A stretch of DNA of 64,000 bases, from NCBI GenBank assembly GCA_050294405.1, contig JBNKOC010000022.1:13462-77461 (forward strand), given 5' to 3'. This DNA is from Fibrobacteria bacterium. GTDB taxonomy: Bacteria > Fibrobacterota > Fibrobacteria > UBA11236 > JADFYW01. Made by a program: the position numbers and the translations under genes. The notes beneath the pieces are model-generated. The model did no database searches and was not told the DNA's origin. It saw only the letters and a program-made list of their open reading frames with translations. Below are positions 48,278 through 58,484 of the stretch, piece by piece (within the stretch, counting starts at the first letter, position 1; every line of letters begins with the position of its first letter).

Positions 48278-48733
48278 ATGAAAACACTAATGCCATGGAA
48301 ATGGGGTAAATCTCCGAAAGTATCTGATTATTTTGAGAATCAGTTGCAGAACTTTTGGGAGAACCCCTTCGACTTTAAATTCCCCGAATTAAGTCTTTTT
48401 GATAAAAAAGAAAGTTTTAGTCTGGATATAGATGAAAACGAAAAAGAATATGTGGTTAAGGCCGAATTGCCTGGAATGGAAGAAAAAGATATAGATGTTA
48501 GCTGGCAGGATGGCTTCTTAACCATCAAAGGAGAAAAGAAAAAAGAAAACACAAAAAAGGAAAAAGACAAACAATATTCCGAATGCAGTTATGGATACTT
48601 CCATAGGACCATTCCCTTTGGAGAGGGAGTCGAATGGAGCAAAGCCACTGCCAAATATAAAAAAGGGGTATTAACTGTGAACCTACCTAAAAATGAACAG
48701 GCCCATAAAAAAATTGAAGTAAAGCTGGCGTAA
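48278..48733 (+). CDS. Hsp20/alpha-crystallin small heat-shock protein
   Basis: KAELPGM, LTIKGEK, YGYFHR, A.YKKGVLTVNLPK. Confidence 0.95.
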   Translation: MKTLMPWKWGKSPKVSDYFENQLQNFWENPFDFKFPELSLFDKKESFSLDIDENEKEYVVKAELPGMEEKDIDVSWQDGFLTIKGEKKKENTKKEKDKQYSECSYGYFHRTIPFGEGVEWSKATAKYKKGVLTVNLPKNEQAHKKIEVKLA

Positions 48734-48745
48734 AATCTGTGTCGC

Positions 48746-48778
48746 AAAAGTGGGTGGGAAATTTTCCCGCCCACTTTT
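48746..48778. terminator. Bidirectional terminator between hsp20 and copA
   Basis: AAAAGTGGGTGGGAA-att-TTCCCGCCCACTTTT. Confidence 0.85.
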
Positions 48779-50937
48779 TATACTTTGACTCTTTTTAAAC
48801 GCAGCGCATTGAGTACTACGGATACAGAACTCAGGGACATGGCCGCCCCCGCAACCCAAGGGGAAAGTTTACCAAAAGCCGCAAGGGGAATTCCCAAACA
48901 ATTGTAGGCAAGGGCCCAAAAAAAGTTTTGACGGATATTTGCGTAACAGGCTTTGCTAATATTTATCATTTTAATAAGACCCGACAAATCGCCTCTTAAC
49001 AAACTTACATGTGCCGATTCCAATGCCACCTCAGTGCCATTGCCCATGGCAATTCCAATATCTGCAGCACTTAAGGCCAGTGAATCGTTTACGCCATCTC
49101 CCACCATGGCAACCAATTTGTTTGGAGCTTTTAAGTTTTCCACATAATTTAGCTTGTCCTCTGGACTCACTTGGGAACGAACATGGACAATGTTTAATTT
49201 ATCCGCTAAGGATTTGGCACGCGAGGGGTTATCTCCAGTTAACATATGTATTTCCACATTTTTATTTTTTAAATTTTCAAGATATTGGGGCACTCCTTGT
49301 TTAACATTTTCTTCAATGGAAAGGCTTCCCAAATATTCTGTATTACTGGTCAAATAGGCTACTGCCTTGTCCTCTAATTTTCCATCAATGTTATTTTTAT
49401 CCAAAATTTCCTGGATAAAAATCTGGTTCCCTATATAATAGGCCACTCCATTAATGCTGGCTTTTATCCCTTTTCCCGGTATATTTTCAAAGCCTTCCAC
49501 CTCAAGATTTTGATGGTTAAAATCCTTCAAATCGGCTACAATTTGGCGTGCCAGAGGATGTTCTGAATAATGTTCCAGATTCCAAAGAATATTTTTAAAA
49601 GTATTTAAAGAAGTATTCGGATTGTATATAACCTTTCCTTGATCCCCATCTGTCAGAGTTCCGGTTTTATCCATCACCAACACATTTAACCTATGGGCAA
49701 GCTCCAGGTACTCGCCGCTTTTAAATAGTATGCCATTTTGGGCGGCTCTTTCCCCGGCAACCATAATTGAAACAGGAGTAGCCAATCCCAGGGCGCAAGG
49801 ACAAGCGATAACTAATACCGCAATGGTATTTTCCAATGCCACAGAAAGGCCAGCAGCCATGAAAAAATACCATATCACAAAAACCAGGGCGGCTATGCCT
49901 AATACCACAGGCACAAAAATAGAAGATATTTTATCAGCTACCCTTTGTATGGGGGCTTTGGCATCGCTTAGCTCTTTTACTTTTTTTGCCATTTGCGCCA
50001 AAAGAGTTTTTTTCCCGATTTTTTCTGCTTTAATTTCCAGCAATTGTTCTCCGTTGATACTGCCTGCAATCACAAAAGCACCTTCAGATTTTTTCACTCT
50101 GCTGCTTTCTCCAGTCATGAGAGACTCATCAATATAACTGGTTCCATTTACTACCAATCCATCCACAGGAATTTTTCCTCCTGGTTTTACCAGCAATACA
50201 TCACCAGGGATTAAAGTATCCACTTTAACTTCTTCCCACTGGCCATTGATTTTCTTAAAGGCTAGCTGAGGTTGCATAGCCATTAATGCCCGAATAGCTG
50301 TGAGAGATTTAGCCTTAGCCCGATGCTCAAGCCACTTTCCCAAGAGGATTAGGCTGATTAACATGGCACTGGTTTCAAAATACAACATAGCACCGGGCTT
50401 TAACCAACCCCATTGATCACTTAAATATATGCTGTAACCAAATGCTGCCGAAGTTCCGAGGGCAACCAATACATTCATATCCGAGGATTTTTCCTTTAAA
50501 GCCTTAAAAGCATTTTTGTAAAAACTAAATCCAAAAATAAATTGCACTGGAAAAGCTAATGCCAATCCAATCAAAGGGATAGATATAATACGGGACCAAC
50601 TCGTATGGCTATGATGGAAAAGCATGCCAGAAATAAGGGGAAGGGTAAAGGGAAGGCTGGCTAAAAATTGCCAGAGGATTTTTTTTGTTTCTTTGTTTTT
50701 ACGAGCCTCGTTTTCTTCCGGACTTGCTTCCAAACTCGCCCCATAGCCTATTTCTTCGATACGGGATATTAACTGTTTGGGTTCCAAATCATTGGAACTG
50801 TATTCCACATGGGCGCTTTCCATAGCCAGGTTAACCTGGGCCAATTGAACACCCTTCATTTTGGACAATTGTTTTTCAATCCTGTTGGAACATGCAGCGC
50901 ATGTCATTCCCGATATATCTAAATTAACTTGGGCCAT
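48778..50937 (-). CDS. copA: Copper-exporting P1B-type ATPase
   Basis: GMTCAAC HMA domain, TGES, CPCALGL, DKTGT, SEHP, GDGVND, YN, MSLSS. Confidence 0.95.
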   Translation of the reverse strand: MAQVNLDISGMTCAACSNRIEKQLSKMKGVQLAQVNLAMESAHVEYSSNDLEPKQLISRIEEIGYGASLEASPEENEARKNKETKKILWQFLASLPFTLPLISGMLFHHSHTSWSRIISIPLIGLALAFPVQFIFGFSFYKNAFKALKEKSSDMNVLVALGTSAAFGYSIYLSDQWGWLKPGAMLYFETSAMLISLILLGKWLEHRAKAKSLTAIRALMAMQPQLAFKKINGQWEEVKVDTLIPGDVLLVKPGGKIPVDGLVVNGTSYIDESLMTGESSRVKKSEGAFVIAGSINGEQLLEIKAEKIGKKTLLAQMAKKVKELSDAKAPIQRVADKISSIFVPVVLGIAALVFVIWYFFMAAGLSVALENTIAVLVIACPCALGLATPVSIMVAGERAAQNGILFKSGEYLELAHRLNVLVMDKTGTLTDGDQGKVIYNPNTSLNTFKNILWNLEHYSEHPLARQIVADLKDFNHQNLEVEGFENIPGKGIKASINGVAYYIGNQIFIQEILDKNNIDGKLEDKAVAYLTSNTEYLGSLSIEENVKQGVPQYLENLKNKNVEIHMLTGDNPSRAKSLADKLNIVHVRSQVSPEDKLNYVENLKAPNKLVAMVGDGVNDSLALSAADIGIAMGNGTEVALESAHVSLLRGDLSGLIKMINISKACYANIRQNFFWALAYNCLGIPLAAFGKLSPWVAGAAMSLSSVSVVLNALRLKRVKV

Positions 50938-50951
50938 ATTGGCTCTCTTGT

Positions 50952-51161
50952 TTAACTGAGGACTTCGCTGCTATAACCGGCCTCTTCAATGGCCTCTTGA
51001 ATTTGAGATACATTTATTTTATCGGAGTCAAAACTAACATCCACCGTTTTGTCGGAGAGGTTCGCTTTGCCTTTGGCCCCCAGCCTTGTAATAGCGGATT
51101 CAATAGCATTCACGCAATGTCCACAGGACATGGCTTCAGCTTTTAATTTTAAATTTTCCAT
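50952..51161 (-). CDS. copZ: Copper chaperone
   Basis: MSCGHC HMA domain, 69 aa. Confidence 0.93.
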   Translation of the reverse strand: MENLKLKAEAMSCGHCVNAIESAITRLGAKGKANLSDKTVDVSFDSDKINVSQIQEAIEEAGYSSEVLS

Positions 51162-51169
51162 ATTTCCTC

Positions 51170-51490
51170 CTATTTAATAAGCCTGTGAATAACAGGCATT
51201 AATTCTTCAAGGGCTTCCATATCTTTTTTCGAGTTGTGAGAAAAAACACAATTTTTTAAATGATTTTCCAAAAGTAGCGAACTAAAACCGGCCAGCGCAG
51301 ATTGAATAGAGGCAACCACATTTAAAACATTGTCACAATAAACATTGCTATCCACCATATTCTTAACTCCCCGTAATTGCCCTTCAATGCGGTTTAATCG
51401 GGAGATTAAATTGGATTTGGTTTTATCTGTTAAATGACTTTTTTTGTGGTCGTGATTGTGTTCATGTTTATGAGATGGTTGGGCCATCAT
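51170..51490 (-). CDS. csoR: CsoR-family copper-sensing repressor
   Basis: RLNRIEGQLRG, YC, HLKNC (Cys-His-Cys); His-rich N-terminus. Confidence 0.92.
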   Translation of the reverse strand: MMAQPSHKHEHNHDHKKSHLTDKTKSNLISRLNRIEGQLRGVKNMVDSNVYCDNVLNVVASIQSALAGFSSLLLENHLKNCVFSHNSKKDMEALEELMPVIHRLIK

Positions 51491-51530
51491 GTTGAGTTCC
51501 CCCGCTAGTGCAATTTTAAACTTCCAATAT

Positions 51531-51559
51531 AATATACCCCCCTACCCTATATTTGTCAA
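51531..51559 (-). promoter_or_regulatory. Sigma70 promoter with a CsoR-type G-tract operator in the spacer
   Basis: TTGACA-AATATAGGGTAGGGGGG(17 nt)-TATATT. Confidence 0.85.
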
Positions 51560-51568
51560 GAAAAAAAG

Positions 51569-51943
51569 TCAGTCCGCCGCCAGCCACTCCAAAGCCTTTT
51601 TTTTGTCGTAAAATATTTTCACTGCATAACCGTTATTATTGCAAACTGTTTCAAAAAAACGGGCATTTTCTCGATTTTTATACCCTTCTGTAATGAGCAA
51701 GCAGCATTTTGCTCCTCTTTTGAGCTTCATAGATTCGTAAACTTTAGGGAATTCGTAAATCTGGCCAGGAGTTACCTGGGTATCGGCTTCCCGATGATCC
51801 AATAAAAACCTGCGGGCCTTATTTTTAAGGCAAACATTAATGGCCTCATTAGAAATTTTCATAAAGTCCGAAAATGTAATGGAACCCTGGCATTTTACAT
51901 ACACCAATTCGATATCCCTAATGTAATCGATTTTCCAGCCCAA
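51569..51943 (-). CDS. STAS/SpoIIAA-like hypothetical protein
   Basis: LLDHR...FFETVC.N.G..VKIF.D...ALEWL. Confidence 0.65.
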   Translation of the reverse strand: MGWKIDYIRDIELVYVKCQGSITFSDFMKISNEAINVCLKNKARRFLLDHREADTQVTPGQIYEFPKVYESMKLKRGAKCCLLITEGYKNRENARFFETVCNNNGYAVKIFYDKKKALEWLAAD

Positions 51944-52094
51944 ACCAACTGTCTCCCTTCCCCTATGGAAATAGTATAAAAAAATAGAGTGAACAAAAGC
52001 ATTTTTTTATACCATCAACTAATAAACGTGGAGTTATAGCAATGAAACGGAGTTTTGCCCTGTATGCAGTTGCTATTTGGATTCCTTAAATGCT

Positions 52095-52604
52095 TTAAGG
52101 CATGCTAAAAACATCATCATCGGAATCACTGTCTTCCTGCGGAGAAATTGTTTTTTCCTCATTGATGATATGTTTTTTATGGCTATCAAAATTAAAACTG
52201 TCCATCTTGATATAATGCCGCAAAACAGTTTTTAAAGTCAGAATTCCCACCACTCTTTTATCTTCTGTGGCTACAGGAAGGCAGGATACTCTTTTTGCTA
52301 ACATCAATTGGCCTGCGGTGTGCACAGAAATTTCCGGAGCAACAGCCAGAACATTTCGGGTCATAATCTGCGATACCTTGGTTTCTAATGTTTGCTGGTC
52401 TCTCAATGTTTCTGTTTTAGTATCCACAAAAGGGCTTAAAGAACGCAGAACATCTCTGTCGGATAAGACGCCCGCTAACTTTCCTTCACGTAAAACAATC
52501 AAATGATGAAATTTTTGCCTGTGGAAAATTTCCCGGGCAGCCCTCAATGTGTCATCTGGAGATACGTGAACCACATTGGTTGTCATTAATTCCGAAATTT
52601 CCAT
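52095..52604 (-). CDS. CBS domain pair protein
   Basis: LMTTNVVHVSPDD, GVLSDRD, IMTRNV, CLPV. Confidence 0.92.
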   Translation of the reverse strand: MEISELMTTNVVHVSPDDTLRAAREIFHRQKFHHLIVLREGKLAGVLSDRDVLRSLSPFVDTKTETLRDQQTLETKVSQIMTRNVLAVAPEISVHTAGQLMLAKRVSCLPVATEDKRVVGILTLKTVLRHYIKMDSFNFDSHKKHIINEEKTISPQEDSDSDDDVFSMP

Positions 52605-52609
52605 GGCTG

Positions 52610-53542
52610 TTATTCTATTTCAGATAATAAATCCGAAGCCTTCAATTCGTATTCCGCTTTTAAATCCGCCTCCAGGGAAAGGAAATCCCCTTCTGAAAAG
52701 CCCAATCTCGCCTCAATAACATCTTTCACATCTTCAGGCATTTCAGGCAAGTTTTTACGGCCACTGCCACCTATGTTAGCCTGAAAAGTTATTCTGTCAG
52801 CAAGATAAACAATTAGACACATAGTGGATTCTTCTTCACTTTCCAGAGGATGGTGGTGGTTTTTCATGGTTTCCGCCAATTGGACAGGTAGTTTCCAGCG
52901 GCTGGCCAGCCAATAGCCAACCTGTCCGTGATGGGTTCCAAAAACTTCTTCTTCCGCATCTTCCAGAGGCACATTTTTGTCATGGACCAATTCCTGAACT
53001 TTCATAAATTCAAAAGGCAAATACTGATTTAACACCACCTTGCCCAAATCATGCAAGAGACCTGCTGTAAAGGCCTCAGAATAATTGGGAAGTCCAAGCT
53101 TAAGGGCAATAGACCGGGAACATAAGCCCACGGCAATGCAGTGTTTCCAGAAGTCCACTACTTCAAAGTATTTATTTTTTTGTTCGCCCTTAAACAAATT
53201 AAACACGGACATACTAAGGCTTATTTCTTTTAAAGCGTTATTACCTAAAACCACCACAGCATGTTTTATAGTATGTATCTCACGGCTGAAACCGTAAAAA
53301 GAAGAGTTCGCAATTTTAAGCACTTTGGCTGTTAGCACCTGATCTTTACTCACAATATTGGACAACAACCCAGCCGATGTATTGGGGTGGTCCACCAGTT
53401 CCAGAATTTTGGCGGTTACCGTAGGCAATACAGGGAGAGATAAAACCGCATCTGTTATTTTTTTAATGTTAGGTTTGGTTTTATCCAATTGGGGATTCCT
53501 TCGGGATTCTAAATTTACCTGCTCCATGATTTTTCCAGGCAA
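52610..53542 (-). CDS. HDOD domain protein
   Basis: LPVLP, DQVLTAKVLKIANSSFY, FWKHC, GLLHDLGK, WKLP. Confidence 0.93.
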   Translation of the reverse strand: MPGKIMEQVNLESRRNPQLDKTKPNIKKITDAVLSLPVLPTVTAKILELVDHPNTSAGLLSNIVSKDQVLTAKVLKIANSSFYGFSREIHTIKHAVVVLGNNALKEISLSMSVFNLFKGEQKNKYFEVVDFWKHCIAVGLCSRSIALKLGLPNYSEAFTAGLLHDLGKVVLNQYLPFEFMKVQELVHDKNVPLEDAEEEVFGTHHGQVGYWLASRWKLPVQLAETMKNHHHPLESEEESTMCLIVYLADRITFQANIGGSGRKNLPEMPEDVKDVIEARLGFSEGDFLSLEADLKAEYELKASDLLSEIE

Positions 53543-53545
53543 TCG

Positions 53546-53845
53546 TTAAGCCTCGGAATCAAAAAGCTGGCCCCCCATAAAATGGTTTTTTTCATTGGGC
53601 CTGTTATTAGATTCCAATTTTTTTTTCTTATTTTCCCGGGAATAATAGCTTTTTTCTTCGGAATCTTTATCTGCTGCGCTGCTGTTCAGGGATTCCTGAA
53701 CATTTTCACTTTCCTGTTCCCTATTTTTTTTATTGTTATTTTGGACTTCTTGCTGATCCGAAATATGTTTGGCATTTTGCTCAGCCAAGGCCTTAGCGGA
53801 GGGTTCCACCCTGTGAATGGAATCGTGTGATATTAGGTTTTTCAC
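53546..53845 (-). CDS. Hypothetical charged protein downstream of fliA
   Basis: In-operon position; low complexity; C-terminal GGQLFDSEA. Confidence 0.6.
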   Translation of the reverse strand: MKNLISHDSIHRVEPSAKALAEQNAKHISDQQEVQNNNKKNREQESENVQESLNSSAADKDSEEKSYYSRENKKKKLESNNRPNEKNHFMGGQLFDSEA

Positions 53846-53862
53846 CTTGAGTACCTACTGCA

Positions 53863-54627
53863 TCAGGCATTTATTTTTTGCACCAGGCGGCTGCGCAATT
53901 TCAGCATGGCCTTGGAATGTATCTGAGACACTCTGGACTCAGTAAGAGATAATACCTCGCCGATTTCTTTTAAAGTCAATTCTTCATAATGGTACAAAGC
54001 CACCACCAAGCGTTCTTTTTCAGGGAGCTTTTCCAAAGTTTCCATTAAAATGCGTTTTACTTCCTGATACCCAAGTTCTTTTAAGGGATTTGTTTCATTG
54101 GGGTCTTCAATAGTGTCAATCAACGTTAAGGTTTTCGCATCCCCACCCCTATCCGGCATGGACTCTTCCAACGATAGTATAGTGGTAGGAGAAACCTCCA
54201 ATAACATCTTTTCAAAATCTTTTTGGGTTAACTCCAGATGCTCCGCCACTTCATCGTCATAAGGCATACGGCCCAATTTTAATTCAAGCTCTGCATAAGC
54301 TTTTTGAAGTTGCTTTGATTTTTGCCGAATTGAACGAGGCACCCAATCCAACGCGCGTAACTCATCTAGTATGGCGCCTCGAATTTTATGAGTGGCAAAA
54401 GTTTCAAATTTAAATCCCCGCTCTGGCTCAAAATTTTCCACCGCTTTTATAAGACCCATTACTCCACTGCCTATAAGGTCTCCTAATTCCACAGAAGAAG
54501 GCAAATTCACCGCAATTCTCTGAGCAGTATAACGCACCAAACCAGCGTACTCAACCAAAAGTTTATCTTTGGCCTGCTTGCTGCGGGTCTTGATGTATTC
54601 ATCCCAAAGTGCGTTTAATTCCGGCAT
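53863..54627 (-). CDS. fliA: Flagellar sigma factor sigma28 (FliA/WhiG)
   Basis: DLIGSG..GL, KIRGAILDELRALDWVPRS, ELTLKEIG.VL.LTESRVSQIH. Confidence 0.95.
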   Translation of the reverse strand: MPELNALWDEYIKTRSKQAKDKLLVEYAGLVRYTAQRIAVNLPSSVELGDLIGSGVMGLIKAVENFEPERGFKFETFATHKIRGAILDELRALDWVPRSIRQKSKQLQKAYAELELKLGRMPYDDEVAEHLELTQKDFEKMLLEVSPTTILSLEESMPDRGGDAKTLTLIDTIEDPNETNPLKELGYQEVKRILMETLEKLPEKERLVVALYHYEELTLKEIGEVLSLTESRVSQIHSKAMLKLRSRLVQKINA

Positions 54628-54732
54628 ATTTTTATCAGGATCCTTCCCTATTCAGAACCATTGATTAATTCCGCTCTTATAATTATCTCTAATTTTTCCT
54701 TTAATTTCCCGTACATTCCACTTTTTGCCGCA

Positions 54733-55065
54733 TTATTTTTTTGATTTTTTCGATTTTTTTGATTTTTTAGGCTCAAAAATCACTTCATTGTCGGCAGGTT
54801 TAATAAAATGATAAAGGAGCCCTCCCTTTTTTCTTTCCTCCTGTAAGTCCGCCACAGTGGCGCTTATGGACTTAACTAGGGAGTCGGCTATCATCAAAAA
54901 GAAAAACCAGGCAAAGACCACCGAAATTAATGCTTTAAAGATGGCTATTAATATTTGATCCCAGCTTATATGCGGTGCCAGAAATAAAGAAAAGCCCAGT
55001 ACAGTAAAAAAGACCATGTATAGAAGGGTTCGCGTGAGTTCTCGACTTATTTTTTCCGGGGACAT
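54733..55065 (-). CDS. Hypothetical two-TM membrane protein
   Basis: Two hydrophobic segments and a Lys-rich tail; lies between flhF and fliA. Confidence 0.65.
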   Translation of the reverse strand: MSPEKISRELTRTLLYMVFFTVLGFSLFLAPHISWDQILIAIFKALISVVFAWFFFLMIADSLVKSISATVADLQEERKKGGLLYHFIKPADNEVIFEPKKSKKSKKSKK

Positions 55066-55074
55066 GCTAGTTCA

Positions 55075-56298
55075 CTATCCAGGTTGAAACAATTCCTCTA
55101 AAATCATAGCCGAAATTTCGCTGGATTCGGCTTCCAAAATGTTATCGGGAATATTTTGTCCATTACATACATAACTCAATGGATAAAAATTTTCGCAACA
55201 AATATTGTAAATAGTTCCCAGAGTAAAACTCTCATCCAATTTGGTAAAAATTAGCTGGCTGGCCCCCAATTGTTTGTAATGCTCCAACAAACGACGGTTG
55301 TCTTTGGATTTGGTTGTGGCGCTCATGACCAAATGTATTTCATCGGGGCTTACACTTCCGATTAAGTTTTGCAACTCACGCCAGGATTCTGGATCATTTT
55401 TAGATGCTCCCGCAGTATCAATTAATACCAGGTCTTTTTGGCTAAAACCCTTTAACGCCTCCATTGCGTCTTCAGAACTAAACGCCGTATCCATGGGAAT
55501 TTGCGAAGCGCGGCAAAAAGCTTTCATTTGCTCTGTGGCCCCCATTCTTTTGGCATCTGCAGAGATAATGGCAACATCCCATTTTTTTTCGTATTTATAT
55601 ATCCCGCTTATTTTGGCAATCGTAGTGGTTTTTCCCACACCTGTCGGCCCTACTAACATAACCACCTTAGGCCTTCCCGGTTTTTTTTGCAATGTATCTG
55701 ATGAAGGAATCCGGTTCGCCACCACTTTTTTCAAAATTTTTTGCACATAAGCCGTATCCCGGCGTTTGGTTCCGCTAATTATCTGGCCCAATTTCCGAAC
55801 CAGCTCCCGGGCCAAATCGGGATCCACATCCAATTCCAACAAACCTTCAAAACATTCCACAAACTCAGAAGGAACGCTATCCAAATCCATGTGGCGCAAT
55901 GAAGTTTTTATATCCCCCACGCTGTGCATCATCTCACGGATTTCCTCGCGAATCGTTTTCATTTCCGCTAATGTTATGGCTTGGTTCTGTACCGGACTTT
56001 CGGGGGTTATCTTTCTGCTGGATTCAAAATTGTCCGCTGTTTCTTCTTCTTTTGGAGCATCCACCTTTTTATCCCTGCCATAGGTTTTCAGGTTTTTGGT
56101 ATCGGAGGAATTATCTTCTGGCTTGGCGAATAACTCCGGGTCCAAAGCTGCGGTAACTTCAAAGTAAGCCTTTTTCTTACCCAGTATGTTTTTAACCTTT
56201 TTAGTGGATTTTAAAATCACCGATTCCGGGCCCATTTCATTTTTTACTTGCAGGAGAGCCTCCTGCATGGAATCAGCCTGATATGTTTTCATTCTCAT
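55075..56298 (-). CDS. flhF: Flagellar SRP-family GTPase FlhF
   Basis: MKTY.A..MQEAL..VK.E.G, GPTGVGKTTT, DTAG, TKLDE, GQNIP. Confidence 0.94.
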   Translation of the reverse strand: MRMKTYQADSMQEALLQVKNEMGPESVILKSTKKVKNILGKKKAYFEVTAALDPELFAKPEDNSSDTKNLKTYGRDKKVDAPKEEETADNFESSRKITPESPVQNQAITLAEMKTIREEIREMMHSVGDIKTSLRHMDLDSVPSEFVECFEGLLELDVDPDLARELVRKLGQIISGTKRRDTAYVQKILKKVVANRIPSSDTLQKKPGRPKVVMLVGPTGVGKTTTIAKISGIYKYEKKWDVAIISADAKRMGATEQMKAFCRASQIPMDTAFSSEDAMEALKGFSQKDLVLIDTAGASKNDPESWRELQNLIGSVSPDEIHLVMSATTKSKDNRRLLEHYKQLGASQLIFTKLDESFTLGTIYNICCENFYPLSYVCNGQNIPDNILEAESSEISAMILEELFQPG

Positions 56299-58387
56299 GG
56301 AGCACCACCGTTCCTATGGTTTTGATGTTTATTCCCGTGATTATTTCGCTATAGCTTAATATGGCCAAATTGGGATAAGGTCCTTCTAATAATTTTCTTA
56401 AGGGGAAGCGAATTCCCGGACTGCAGATAAGGGCTGGAGATTGTCCGTTGGCCACCATTTGCTCAACCAGAGGGGCCAACCTTTGGATAATCAAACCTAC
56501 CATATCCGGACGGATAACCAATCTGGGCCCTCGTTCTGTGGACTGCACAGAAGCTTCCAGAATTTGTTCCAATCCAGGATCTAAAGTGATAAGGGTTATG
56601 TTATTATTCTGGTCTTTAAACTTGCGGCATATTTGCCTCGCCAATGCGCCGCGGCAATGTTCAGTAACATGATGCTCGGCTTTGGAGGTTCGCGCCGCAT
56701 CCGCCATGGACTCCAAAATCGTAGCTAAATCACGAATAGAGATTTTTTCCGCCAAAAGATTCTTAAGGATTTTCTGGGTTTCTCCCACGGACAACAAGGA
56801 GGGCGTAAGTTCATCCACAACTGTGGCATTGGTTTTCTTCAGGTTATCCAGCAAAGATTTAACATCTTCGCGAGTTAAAATTTCCTGGGCATTGTTTCTA
56901 ATAATTTCTGTTAGATGCGTAGCTAAAACTGCGGGCAGTTCCACCACAGTATAACCGGCTATTTCCGCTTTTTCCTTTTGAGATTCGGTTATCCAAAGCG
57001 CGGGAAGACCAAAGGCGGGCTCCACGGTATCCACGCCTGAAATTTTCTGGCTGACACCTCCGGGATCCATAGCCAGATAACATCCGGACATAAGCTCGCC
57101 TTTGCCTACTTCCACGCCCTTAATCTTTACAATGTATTCGCTGGATTTGAGCTGAATGTTATCTCTAATTCGAATGGGCGGAACCACAATCCCAAGCTCA
57201 GAGGCCACCTGCCTTCTTAACATAGTGATTCTTTCCAGCAAATCTCCCCCCTGATTCACATCCACCAGGGGAATTAAGGCATAGCCAATTTCCAGTTCCA
57301 TTTGATCCACTTGAAGATAATTTTCGATTTTATCCTCAAGCTCTGCTTCAGCCTGGGCTTCTTTATCCTTAGCAACTTCCTTTTCTTTAACATTTTGAAT
57401 ATTGGCGGATTTGGTACTATAAAAAGCAAGGCCAGCCACAATGGCTGAAAGGATTAAAAAGGGAATGGTGGGCATTCCGGGAACCAAGCCCATGCCCGCC
57501 ATTACCACCGCGCCAATATATAGGGACTTAACATTTTGGGTAAGCTGCCTAACAATATCTTCACCTAAATTATTTTTAGAAGCCGCGCGGGAAACCATAA
57601 TACCCGAAGCGGTGGAAATCATTAATGAAGGGGTTTGGGTCACTAAGCCGTCACCGATGGTCAATTGGGTGAAACGTGTTAAAGATTCAGTAAAACTCAA
57701 ATCCAGCATCACCATTCCCACCACAAAACCGCCTACAATGTTAATGATGGTTATTATTATTCCAGCAATGGCATCTCCCCTTACAAATTTGCTCGCACCA
57801 TCCATTGCTCCGTAAAAATCAGATTCCCGGCTAATATCAGATCGTCGTTCTTTAGCTTCATCTTCCGTGATAAGACCCGCATTTAAATCTGCATCTACTG
57901 CCATTTGTTTTCCCGGCATGGAATCCAAGGTAAACCTAGCCGCCACTTCGGCAATACGGCCCGCGCCTTTAGTAATAACCACAAACTGGATAATCACCAA
58001 AATGATAAACACGATAACTCCCACAACCACGTTGCCCGCTGTCACAAAGGTCCCGAATGCCTCAATCACATTTCCAGCCTGGCCACTGGATAAAATAAGA
58101 CGGGTTGAGGCCACGTTAAGAGCTAAACGAAAAAGGGTAATCACCAAAAGCAATCCGGGAAACACGGAAAAATCCAGCACATTGCTCACATACATGGACA
58201 CCATTAAAATAACCAAAGCCAGTGAAATCATGGAAGCCAACAATACATCCAGGGCAAATGATGGAAGCGGGATCATCATAATGATAATCACTCCAACTAC
58301 CAAAAGAGAAATCGCAAGATCCCTTTGCTTGCTCAGCTTTTGGGTGATATCCATTTTACCGAGTATTGATGCTATAGAATTAGCCAT
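56273..58387 (-). CDS. flhA: Flagellar export gate protein FlhA
   Basis: RIAEVAARFTLDSMPGKQMAVDADL, FYGAMDGASKFVRGDA, IRIRDN. Confidence 0.97.
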   Translation of the reverse strand: MANSIASILGKMDITQKLSKQRDLAISLLVVGVIIIMMIPLPSFALDVLLASMISLALVILMVSMYVSNVLDFSVFPGLLLVITLFRLALNVASTRLILSSGQAGNVIEAFGTFVTAGNVVVGVIVFIILVIIQFVVITKGAGRIAEVAARFTLDSMPGKQMAVDADLNAGLITEDEAKERRSDISRESDFYGAMDGASKFVRGDAIAGIIITIINIVGGFVVGMVMLDLSFTESLTRFTQLTIGDGLVTQTPSLMISTASGIMVSRAASKNNLGEDIVRQLTQNVKSLYIGAVVMAGMGLVPGMPTIPFLILSAIVAGLAFYSTKSANIQNVKEKEVAKDKEAQAEAELEDKIENYLQVDQMELEIGYALIPLVDVNQGGDLLERITMLRRQVASELGIVVPPIRIRDNIQLKSSEYIVKIKGVEVGKGELMSGCYLAMDPGGVSQKISGVDTVEPAFGLPALWITESQKEKAEIAGYTVVELPAVLATHLTEIIRNNAQEILTREDVKSLLDNLKKTNATVVDELTPSLLSVGETQKILKNLLAEKISIRDLATILESMADAARTSKAEHHVTEHCRGALARQICRKFKDQNNNITLITLDPGLEQILEASVQSTERGPRLVIRPDMVGLIIQRLAPLVEQMVANGQSPALICSPGIRFPLRKLLEGPYPNLAILSYSEIITGINIKTIGTVVLHENENISG

Positions 58388-58410
58388 AGTTTTCCTTCAA
58401 AGCACTAAAA

Positions 58411-58426
58411 AGCAATATGTATGCCA
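58411..58426 (-). promoter_or_regulatory. Sigma54 promoter of the flhA operon
   Basis: Minus strand TGGCAT-ACATA-TTGCT, 24 nt upstream of the flhA ATG. Confidence 0.78.
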
Positions 58427-58484
58427 CCGGCAAGTTAAAGTAAAGTTTAAAGAAATTCCCTGTTTTTTTATTAAAAAAAAGGAT

